Shown here one piece after another: positions 12,330-22,055 of a DNA stretch of 64,000 nt (positions are counted from its first letter, which is position 1; every line of letters starts with the position of its first letter). The stretch lies in contig NC_042998.1 in assembly GCF_006345805.1 (NCBI RefSeq), positions 179,986,001 through 180,050,000 of the forward strand, written 5' to 3'. Origin of the DNA: Octopus sinensis. Lineage: Eukaryota. The position numbers and the translations under genes are program-made. The notes below the pieces were generated by a model, which was not told the DNA's origin, ran no database searches, and saw only the letters and a program-made list of their open reading frames with translations.

Positions 12330-13560
12330 TCACCACTTATCTCTTTCGTCTCGCTCCAAGGAGTAGAATCGTAATTCTTTTTGTCTCACCCTGTTGCTCA
12401 AGCGTTTCATTGATGTCATTGATGTAATCTTCTTGCTATAGTACCGTTGAACTTTATCGAGTTCTTGACTTGGGCGATCACACCTGAGAGCAATAGTCCA
12501 GATGGCTGAGGACATTCCTACTGACATGCTTGCTACATTAGAGGACGACGCTCCAGCTTTATCAACAGTGCAAAAGTGAGCAACTGAATTTTGCAAGGGA
12601 AGGGAGAGGCTTGAGGATGACCTAATGTCTGAACTCCTGCAACTGCCACTACCGAAAAAGACATTGATCGTGTTCACATGCTGGGGGATGAGAGGCAACT
12701 CACTATAAATCAAATAGCCAATGCTATTAGCATATCTCGTGCGGGAGTTAGGCATATTCTGCACATTGAACTTGGCATGCCGAAAGCCACTGCTCGATGG
12801 GCATCATATCTTCTGACACCTGATCAAAAATGCACCAGGTTGATCACATTACAGGAAGATCTGACATTGTTTGAGGTAGATCCATTTGGTTTCCTTGAAC
12901 GTTTGGTAAGCCTGGATGAGCGCTGGCTTCATCACTTTGAGCCACTGACAAAGAGATAATCATTGCAGTGGAAGCACCTCTCTTTATCTGCTCCAACGAA
13001 AGCCAAAGTCGTTTCATCTGCAGGGTAGGCGATCACCTCAGTTCTTTGGAATGCAAAAGGTTTTGTGTTTATTTACTATTTTCAAAAGAGAGACATCATC
13101 AATGGAGAGTACTATGTTAGCTTGATGAAACAGTTACAAAAGGCTATCAAAACCAAACGCCTAGAGAACATGACGAAGTGGGTCTTATTTCATCAGGGCA
13201 ATGCTCCAGTACATAAGCCCTTGCTTTCGATAGCGGCTGTTCATGACTGTGTCTTTAAACTTGTTGATCACCTTCCCTATTGTTCTGACTTGGCGCCATC
13301 TGATTATCACCTCTTCCTCAACATGAAAGAACACTTAACTGGAAACTAGTATCGCAATGGTGATCAGTTCCTATTAGCTATTGATGACTTGTTTGACCAA
13401 CAAAATGAAAATTCCTTCCCCAATGAGATTCAAGCACTGGAACACTGATGAAAGAAGTATGTGGACCGCAAGAGGGACTATGTTGAAATATAAACCTCAT
13501 TTGGTCACATTCTCTAAGAATGTCTTGGTCAGCCTATGATCTTTTCAGCCGACCCTCGTG
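12330..13560 (+). mobile_element. Tc1/mariner (mariner-type) transposon remnant with disrupted transposase at about 12460-13490
   Basis: HTH region (DMLATLEDDAPALSTVQK), WASYLL (WVPHLL-like), SLDERWLHHFEP, HQGNAPVH, YCSDLAPSDYHLF; right TIR-like end TTTTCAGCCGACCCTCG; left TIR not found. Confidence 0.9.
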
Positions 13561-13717
13561 TATATGTGTGTGTATGCGTGCGTGTGTGTATGTATGTATG
13601 TACGTGTGTGTATGTGTGTGTTTACAAGTGAGTGAACAAACGAAAGAAGAGCACTCAACACATTTATTGGGGTTTACATGTATGGAGCAAAACAGTTTGA
13701 TTCAAATTTAAAGTTTT

Positions 13718-13762
13718 CACACGCTGATGACGGGTCAATACCCAGAAACTCGGGTCCGTGTG
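13718..13762 (+). ncRNA. Type I hammerhead ribozyme candidate
   Basis: CACACG-CTGATGA-C-GGG-TCAATA-CCC-A-GAAA-C-TCGG-GTC-CGTGTG: perfect 6-bp stem I, complete CUGAUGA and GAAA core, GUC triplet with predicted cleavage after 13756; C/A mismatch at the base of stem II. Confidence 0.8.
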
Positions 13763-13965
13763 TATCATAGGTTGAAGACGAGAAGGATGGCTTCCCTTTG
13801 CAAATACTGATAGGGCACAGAAAGTGTGTCAATAGCCAGCTGGAGGAGGTGTCTTCCTGGGGCTACAAGCTACAGTCGCATCCACCCTTAGGGGTTAGCC
13901 ACATCTAAGTGGCAAAAATACTTCACGATGTGTTGCAGCTACTGTTTATTCCTCGCTCAGAGATT

Positions 13966-14009
<44 letters not shown>

Positions 14010-14142
14010 CGACAAAATATTTAATAACTTTTTGACTCAGCTCCACATTACTTAGGTCACATAGGCTTAGGACACGTACACCACATTAGATATTCATAGA
14101 CAGCCCATATAGGTACACATACATATATAAACGCATGTACAG

Positions 14143-14175
<33 letters not shown>

Positions 14176-14879
14176 ATATATATATATATATACATATATA
14201 AATACATATATATATATGCCTGCAGGGGTGTAGGTATGGGTGTATGCACATGTACTTTTATATAATGTATATATACGTATGTATGTATATTTATATATAC
14301 ATACATATGTAAATAGCTATTTTATAAAGAGATACTTTTTTTAAAAATGAGCCTTGTGAATATCAGACATATCACGTACACATTCATATGCAAACACACA
14401 GACAAGCATACACACAGACATATATATATATATATATATAGTTGAAACACATACATGCTCACGCATAAATGTGTGTGTATGAGTGTTCGTATGTGCTGTA
14501 TACTGTCCATGTGTTTAAAAACGTACAAGATTTGTATTTTGAAAAAGTAACCATTAAGATTTATAGTCGTTTAAAATATATATATATATAACACCAAATT
14601 AGGTTTAGTGTGACCAATTATAACAACAAAACAACAACAACGGCGATGCGTAAAACGTATATACACAGGAAGAATATTTAAATCAGTTTATTACGAGAAA
14701 AGAAAAAGAAGAAAAAAAAAGCCAGCCAGAAAATTATAATAGAAAATAAACAGAAGAGTAAAATATTCAAAGAAAAGGAGAAAAAGCCATCAACATATTC
14801 ATTGGAATTCAACCATGTATGCAGATGAATAAGATCATAAAAGTAAGTACTGGTTAAACGGAAGGACAAACGAGCAAGC

Positions 14880-14928
14880 ACGTATATATATTATATATAT
14901 ATATACATAATATATATATATGCATATG

Positions 14929-14963
<35 letters not shown>

Positions 14964-15065
14964 CTATACATACATACATATATATATACATATTTATATA
15001 TATATAATATATAATATATATATATATATATACATATACATACATACAATATATATACATATATA

Positions 15066-15108
<43 letters not shown>

Positions 15109-15219
15109 CATACATATATATATATACATATATTATACATATATATATATATAATATATTACATATACATACATATATATATATATATACATATATACAT
15201 ATAATATATATATATACAT

Positions 15220-15263
<44 letters not shown>

Positions 15264-15400
15264 CATATAGTGAGGAAAGAGAGAGAGGCATATATATAGT
15301 ATACTCATACGTACACATTTATATACATATATATACACATACATATATATGTATATATATAATATATATGTATATATTCATACATACATACATGCCCCCT

Positions 15401-15446
<46 letters not shown>

Positions 15447-15480
15447 TTGTGTGTCTATATATATGTAAACGTGTGTATAT
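14880..15480. repeat. (TA)n/(TACA)n microsatellite field
   Basis: Read directly from sequence. Confidence 0.95.
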
Positions 15481-15545
15481 GGGTGTATGTATAAATTTGT
15501 CAGTGGGTGCTTGTGTTTGTCTGAGAGAGGGAGCGACCAAGAGAG

Positions 15546-15576
<31 letters not shown>

Positions 15577-16086
15577 AAAAAGGAAAGCGAGAGAAGCTAT
15601 GTGTCTTCATATGTGTCGGCATGTTTACTCATATTCGAGTATGTGTTTGAGAAAGAATTTAAAGAAAGATAAATACATACATACATAACATTCATATATA
15701 TACATATATATACACGCTCACATACACACATATACATACATACATAAGGACGTATCATACGAAGCGTTTGAGAACAAGAAGAAGAAGAGGAATAATGAGT
15801 TGATCTATTAAAGCATAAATGAATCGCTGTGTGGTTCCAAGCGCCTCCACCCGATTCGTCTACGTAATTATCTGCTCTGCATATATGAAGCGTCGTAGCC
15901 AGTAGCATATGTCTGCGGTGCTTGAAAAATCCTTTATGATACTCCAATAAATTTAATGTCGTCTTGAATGAATATTTATCTTTGTGGTTTCAGATATTTT
16001 ATCTTATTTGGGAATATTCATGCGTATAGTTATCTCACATTAAGCAGTACGCCTTTTGTTCATGGTGTTCATATTATTGTTTTTCA

Positions 16087-16103
16087 CGTTATTATTATTA
16101 TTA

Positions 16104-16157
<54 letters not shown>

Positions 16158-16206
16158 CATTGTTATTATTATTATTATTTCTTTTTCTTTTGTTCTTAAT
16201 CGTTTT

Positions 16207-16253
<47 letters not shown>

Positions 16254-16257
16254 TTTG
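16087..16257. repeat. (TTA)n and (TTTA)n microsatellites
   Basis: Read directly from sequence. Confidence 0.95.
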
Positions 16258-16502
16258 GTGAACGTGTTGTCAATAGACGAAAAATCTGTGAATGTTTCTA
16301 GAGATTTTCAACTTATCACGTCCTACAGTATTGGCCAGTTTTAACTTGCTAGAACTTAACAACAGGATTTTTAGCAACGAATAAAATAATTCTTAATGGT
16401 TCGAAGGACAGCTAGCCTGGATGACTGTGAAATCAATTTTTTTGATATTATAAAATCACATGCATACAGGGACCGATAGTATTTATGTATATTGGGCCGA
16501 CG

Positions 16503-16537
<35 letters not shown>

Positions 16538-16676
16538 TATATATATACAAACATATACATGTATATATGTGTGTGCGTGTATGTGTATGTGTGTGTGTGT
16601 GTATGTGTGTTTGTGTATATGTCCGTATTATGATCTATGTAGACATATAATGTATATACATTTATATGCATATGTA

Positions 16677-16719
<43 letters not shown>

Positions 16720-16758
16720 ATGTATGTATGTATGTATATATGCATGTATGTATGTATG

Positions 16759-16789
<31 letters not shown>

Positions 16790-16982
16790 ATATGAATGTA
16801 TGCATGCATGTATGTACGTATGTTTGTATGTATGTATATATGTATGTATGTATGTATGTATATATGTATGTATGTATGTATGTATGTACGTATGTTTGTA
16901 TGTATGTATGTATGTATGTATGCATGCATGCATGTATGTATGCATGCATGTATGTATGTATGTATGTATGTATGTATCTATG
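16503..16982. repeat. (TA)n, (TG)n and long (ATGT)n compound microsatellite
   Basis: Read directly from sequence. Confidence 0.95.
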
Positions 16983-17411
16983 TATAACCATGCAGTCGTT
17001 TGCAGTTAACATTCATTTATCTAAATTCAACAGATGGAAACATTATTCTTATTACGTGTTCAGTTCTGAAATAACACAAAATTATTAAATATCTGTCTTT
17101 TCCACGAAACCTTTCGCTAAAATTTTGTTTGGCTGCATAGATTTCAGATTGAAGTCTACCATAAATATTAAATGTAGCTATTTTTCGCAGAAAATGCTGC
17201 TTGCATATGCTAAAAGAATTAATCTAACATTTATCGAGTTACCGTCTCCAACAATATGACGTGCATAAAACAATGTGGACAAAGAATTATGGGTTTTATA
17301 CAGTCTCTGGCTGCTAGAATATTCAAACTTAGAATAGAGTAGAAGCTGCTACTGCTAATAATAATAATAATAATAATAATAATATAATAATAATAATAAT
17401 AATAATAATAA

Positions 17412-17834
17412 ATGGGCTACAGCAAATATTCTGCTGAATACCATAGATTTGCTTAGTGGCTGAGGATATGTGCATCTCTGATCACGAGCCGAAGTAGTTG
17501 GGGAGCATCATAGCTATGTGTTGAGAGGGATTCTTTTGGGTTTGAATAATTCACCTCTGGAAACATGGGTGTTTCGTTCAACATCCTTAAACAGAACTTA
17601 TTCAGGGACCTTTTGAGCGGGATGGGTTACTCCACGAGAAGAAAATTCTAAGTGGGCCCCAGCTGCAAGGTCATGTGCTGTTTATCTTGATATGAGATAA
17701 CCACGTCGCGCACATATGTTTGTGATGTATGTACCTAGTGTACCCTTATCAGACGGGTAGTCATGATGGGTATTACTGCGATTCGTATATTTTACCCCAG
17801 CGTTACTTTGATGGCATGAACTGCTCTCTCACTC
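17412..17834. mobile_element. About 420-bp non-coding interspersed element bounded on both sides by (TAA)n
   Basis: Complex sequence between (TAA)n 17358-17411 and (TAA)n 17835-17912; no ORF and no tRNA boxes seen; resembles an abundant octopus repeat from memory only. Confidence 0.6.
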
Positions 17835-17846
17835 AATAATAATAAT

Positions 17847-17912
<66 letters not shown>

Positions 17913-18110
17913 CCTTGCTATTAAAGGCACAAGGCTTGAAATTTTGGGGAGTGGGCAAGTTGATTATATTGATCCCAGTGTTTTACTGGTACTTATTTCA
18001 TCGACCCCGAAAGAATGAAAGGTAATTTGAACCCAGAACGTACAGACGGGCAAAACTTATCGCTAAGCATTTCATCTAGCATGCTAACGATTCTGCCAGC
18101 TCACCACCTT
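17913..18110 (-). mobile_element. SINE family A
   Basis: Reverse complement of the 1151 copy (CGCTAAGCATTTC, CTAACGATTCTGCCAGCTCACCACC). Confidence 0.85.
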
Positions 18111-18164
18111 ACTACAACTGCAACAACAACAACAATAACAACAACAACAACAACAACAACAACA

Positions 18165-18203
<39 letters not shown>

Positions 18204-18224
18204 GCAACAACAACAACAACAACA

Positions 18225-18263
<39 letters not shown>

Positions 18264-18266
18264 GCC

Positions 18267-18306
<40 letters not shown>

Positions 18307-18328
18307 ACAACAACAACAATAATAGTAA

Positions 18329-18389
<61 letters not shown>

Positions 18390-18390
18390 C
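18111..18390. repeat. Compound trinucleotide microsatellite (CAA)n(CTA)n(CAA)n(CTA)n...(TTA)n
   Basis: Read directly from sequence. Confidence 0.95.
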
Positions 18391-21117
18391 ATTCAGTAGT
18401 TTTATTTTTATAGCGTGCTTTCACTTCACTACCGAGCACAGCTCTGTGTGCCTTGGGTATGTGCTGTGATTTGTTGTGATGCTCTGATGGTTATTGTATG
18501 GAAAGTGTTCTGCGTAGGATGTGTGCAGTGCCTAGTAGTACAATTTTCTGTATGTTATATGTGTTGTAAGTCCTGGTGTTTTTGTTATGTATTGTCTGAA
18601 TATTTTTTATCATGCCTAATGCACCTACTATGATAGGAATTGTTTTGTTTTCAGATTCCACATTCCAGTTACCTCTATTTCCAGGTCTTTGTATTTTGAG
18701 AGTTTCTCCATTTCTTTTAGAGACACGTTGTCATCAGCCGGTATTGATACATCAATTAGAAAGCATTTTTCTTCTTCATGATCACTGACAACTATATCTG
18801 GTCTGTTGGCCTTAATTTCTCTATCTGTGTGTATCGGCATATCCCAGAGTATGGTTGCTTTCTCGTTTTCTGTGACCTTTTCTGGTGTGTGCCTATACCA
18901 TCTTTTTTCTGTTGTTATTCCATAATGTTGGCATAGCTTCCAATGTATGTAGGTTCCAACTCTGTCATGTCTGTGAATATATTCCTTCTTAGCCAAGACT
19001 GGGCAGCTAGAGATAATATGATTTATTGTTTCTTGTCCATCTCCACATATTCTGCAGTTACTTGTAATATTTCTTTTCATTACATGTTTTTGGTAATTTC
19101 TGGTGGGGAGGCTTTGGTCTTGTGCTGCAATTAAAAATCCCTCTGTTTCTGCTTTGAGTCCTGAGCTTCTCAACCATTGCTGGGATTTTTCTTTGTCTAT
19201 TTCTTTTGCGTTTAGTTTAGTCCAGTATTTACCATGAAGGGGCTTTTCTTGCCATCGTTTTATCATGGTTCGTTGCTGTTCTATTTTTAGTTTGGATTTC
19301 ATTTGTTTTATAGCTTTTGTTGTTTCTTCATCTTCTTCTTCTTCATGTTTATTAGGTGGTATGATTTCTTGTTTGTATTTGTCAGCTTCCTTAAATACTG
19401 AGAACAGTTTTTTGTTTTGCTCGTGTTTTGCCGCTATATGGATCAGTTTTCCTTCCTTCTGAAGTAGATATTTTTGCAGTCCTATGGTGGTTATTTTGTA
19501 GTAGTTTTCCAGCTGTATAAGGCCTCTACCACCTTCTATACGTTGTATATATAGTCTTTCTATGTCAGATTTTGGGTGATGCATCCTAGATCCTGTCATT
19601 ATTTTTCTTGTTTTCCTATCTATTTTGGTCAGTTCATTTTGTGTCCAGTTAAGGATATTGTAGCTGTAACTTATAACTGGGACAGCTAAAGTGTTGATAC
19701 CTATTATCTTGTTTTTAGCATTGAGCTCTGTGTTTAGTATTGATCTAACTCGTCTATAATATTCTTTTTTTATTTTCTCTTTCATTTGTGTGTGTTGTGT
19801 CTTATCTAGTTCATGGATTCCTAAGTATTTGTAAGTTTGGCTTTGGTCTAATTCTTTTATTTCATTGGTTTTATCTAGTGTGATGTTGTTACTCTTAACT
19901 AGTTTTCCTCTTTTCAGGGTTACTTTGGCGCATTTTTCTAATCCAAATTTCATATCTATTTCTTTGGTAAATTCATGAACTGTCTTTAATAGTGTTTCCA
20001 GCTGTTTGTCATTTGCAGCGTATAGTTTTAGGTCATCCATATATAAAAGGTGGCCGATCGTTTTGCCGTAACATTTATATCCGCATCCAGTTCTATTTAG
20101 CATATCAGATAGAGGTGACAGTGCCAAGCAGAAAAGGAGTGGAGAGAGCGTGCCTCCCTGGAATATTCCTCTTCTAATGGGGATGTCTTTGGTTTTCATG
20201 AGTCCCTCTTTTGTTTGGAGGTGTAGGACTGTTTGCCATTTATTCATGGAGTGCTCTATAAATTTTATGATTGTTGGTGCTACTTTGTTAATGGCTAGTG
20301 TTTCGAGGATCCATGTGTGGGGGATGCTATCAAACGCCTTTTTGTAGTCAATCCAGGCCATACTGGCTGTCTTCAGTTATGGCTTTATTAATCATTAGTT
20401 GATCTTTACAGCCATATGAGCCTTTGCGGCATCCTTTCTGCTCTTCTGGGAACAGTTTGTTTTCGTCCAGGTGCTTGTTCAGCCTTTGTGATATCACTGC
20501 AGTAAATGCCTTGAACATAGTAGGGAGGCAGGTTATTGGTCTGTAGTTTTCTGGTTTTTCTGTTTCATTTGATTTGGGAATTAAGATGGTTTACCCCTTC
20601 GTGAGCCATTCAGGCATTGTCTCTGGCTCTGCTAGTACTTTGTTAAAGTTTTCAGCCAGCTTTTTGTGCATTCCTGTTAGATATTTCAACCAGAAGTTGG
20701 GGATCTTGTCATGCCCAGGTGCCTTCCAGTTGCTTAGTCTTTGCAGTGCCTGGGTGACCTCTTCAGTTGTTTTGGGGTCCAAAGTTGTTCAGATGCCAAG
20801 TTTGTTATTCTGATACTCCTTTTTTTTGGTTGTTCGTTCGCCGACCATATTTCTCCCCAGAATTCTTCCAATTCTTCTGCCGTTGGTGCTGCAGTGACTT
20901 CTATTTTATTTTTTCCCAGTTCTTGGTAGAACTTTTTGGGGTTAGAGTTGAATTTTTGTTTTCTTCAAAGAAGCGTTGGCGTTTCTTGTACCGGCGGATC
21001 CTTTGTGCTTTGGCAAGGATATCTTGCTTCAGCTTTTCTTTTATTTCAGGCAAATCTTTCTCTGTGATGTTATATTTGCGGAGTATTTTTGTTCTTTTTT
21101 TGTTGCTAGTAGCGTTG

Positions 21118-21118
<1 letters not shown>
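18391..21118 (-). mobile_element. R4/Dong-like non-LTR retrotransposon, 5'-truncated, relatively young (copy 3)
   Basis: RT, CCHC zinc knuckle and RLE domains; flanked on both sides by (TAA)n (18331-18390 and 21119-21224); about 100-nt 3' UTR. Confidence 0.95.
18628..20361 (-). CDS. R4/Dong RT plus CCHC plus restriction-like endonuclease; 577-aa open segment of a disrupted ORF
   Basis: MAWIDYKKAFDS, RGIFQGGTLSPLLF, LLYMDDLKLY, YKYLG, HHPKSDIERLY...GGRGL, CRICGDGQETINHIISSC, RPDIVV...IDVSIP; frameshifts near 20365, 20590 and 18640. Confidence 0.9.
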   Translation of the reverse strand: MAWIDYKKAFDSIPHTWILETLAINKVAPTIIKFIEHSMNKWQTVLHLQTKEGLMKTKDIPIRRGIFQGGTLSPLLFCLALSPLSDMLNRTGCGYKCYGKTIGHLLYMDDLKLYAANDKQLETLLKTVHEFTKEIDMKFGLEKCAKVTLKRGKLVKSNNITLDKTNEIKELDQSQTYKYLGIHELDKTQHTQMKEKIKKEYYRRVRSILNTELNAKNKIIGINTLAVPVISYSYNILNWTQNELTKIDRKTRKIMTGSRMHHPKSDIERLYIQRIEGGRGLIQLENYYKITTIGLQKYLLQKEGKLIHIAAKHEQNKKLFSVFKEADKYKQEIIPPNKHEEEEDEETTKAIKQMKSKLKIEQQRTMIKRWQEKPLHGKYWTKLNAKEIDKEKSQQWLRSSGLKAETEGFLIAAQDQSLPTRNYQKHVMKRNITSNCRICGDGQETINHIISSCPVLAKKEYIHRHDRVGTYIHWKLCQHYGITTEKRWYRHTPEKVTENEKATILWDMPIHTDREIKANRPDIVVSDHEEEKCFLIDVSIPADDNVSLKEMEKLSKYKDLEIEVTGMWNLKTKQFLS

Positions 21119-21196
<78 letters not shown>

Positions 21197-21224
21197 TATT
21201 ATTATTATTATCATCATTATTATT

Positions 21225-21913
21225 GCCTTTGCACAGCTTTTAACGCTGGAGATGTATTACAGTGTCAGCTGTTCACTACTAGTGAACTAAGATTATACCT
21301 CTTATTTTTCGAGCACCTTCCGGAATATCCGAGCGGTTTCAAGCAATGCTGTTTTCTGCAAGTGCTCCACCCGTATTGCAGCCCCTATTTGTTCACATAC
21401 TTCTCGAGATTTTTGCTCACTGTTCCCTGGGCTCCGGCAATTATTGGTACTTCTACCACCTTTTTTTATTGACCACAGCTGCTTAACTTCCCAAGCTAAC
21501 CTGTCATAGGAAGCACTCCGTCGGTTACGACGACGAGGGTTCCGGTTGATCCGATCAACGGAACAGCCTACTCGTGAAATTAACGTGTAAGTGGCTGAGC
21601 ACTCCACAGACACGAGTACCTTTAACGTAGTTCTCGGGGATATTCAGCGTGAAACAGAGAGTGACAAGGCAGGCCCTTTGAAATACAGGTACAACAGAAA
21701 CAGGAAGTAAGAGTGAGAGAAAGTTGTGGTGAAAGAGTACAGCAGGGATCACCACCATCCCCTGCCGGAGCCTCGTGGAGCTTTAGGTGTTTTCGCTCAA
21801 TAAACACTCACAACGCCCGGTCTGGGAATCGAAACCGCGATCCTACGACCGCGAGTCCGCTGCCCTAACCACTGGGCCATTGCGCATCCACTCTAACCTG
21901 TCATATCTCTCAA
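21225..21913 (-). mobile_element. R4/Dong-like 3' fragment (copy 4), interrupted by a SINE
   Basis: ERYDRLAWEVKQLWSIKK...EHLQKTALLETARIFRKVLEK; 3' UTR with hairpin GTTCACT-ACT-AGTGAAC, then (TAA)n. Confidence 0.85.
21509..21892 (-). mobile_element. Young tRNA-headed SINE, family C, with 13-bp TSD
   Basis: TSD CTAACCTGTCATA at 21496-21508 and 21893-21905; head TGGCCCAGTGGTTAGG...GGTTTCGATTCCC. Confidence 0.92.
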
Positions 21914-22048
21914 AGGGATCGATAGAATAAATACCAGGCTTTAAAAATCTATTAGTCCAGGTGTCGATTCATTTGACTAAATTCCTTCAAGGCAGTGTCC
22001 CAGCACAGCCGCATTTAAATGAGTAAGGCAAGTAAAATATAAAAATAA
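21914..22048 (+). mobile_element. SINE family B 3' part
   Basis: CGATAGAATAAATACCAGG...GTCGATTCATTTGACTAA...GGCAGTGTCCCAGCACAGCCGCA. Confidence 0.75.
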
Positions 22049-22055
22049 CAGATAA

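Noticed and set aside
10071-13708. Exact 19-mer AAACAGTTTGATTCAAATT at 10071 and 13690
   Set aside because: An AT-rich match of this length is plausible by chance in 64 kb, and the flanks do not extend
21820-21890. tRNA-like sequences here and at other SINE heads
   Set aside because: They have A and B boxes but no complete cloverleaf or acceptor stem, and continue into SINE bodies; not tRNA genes
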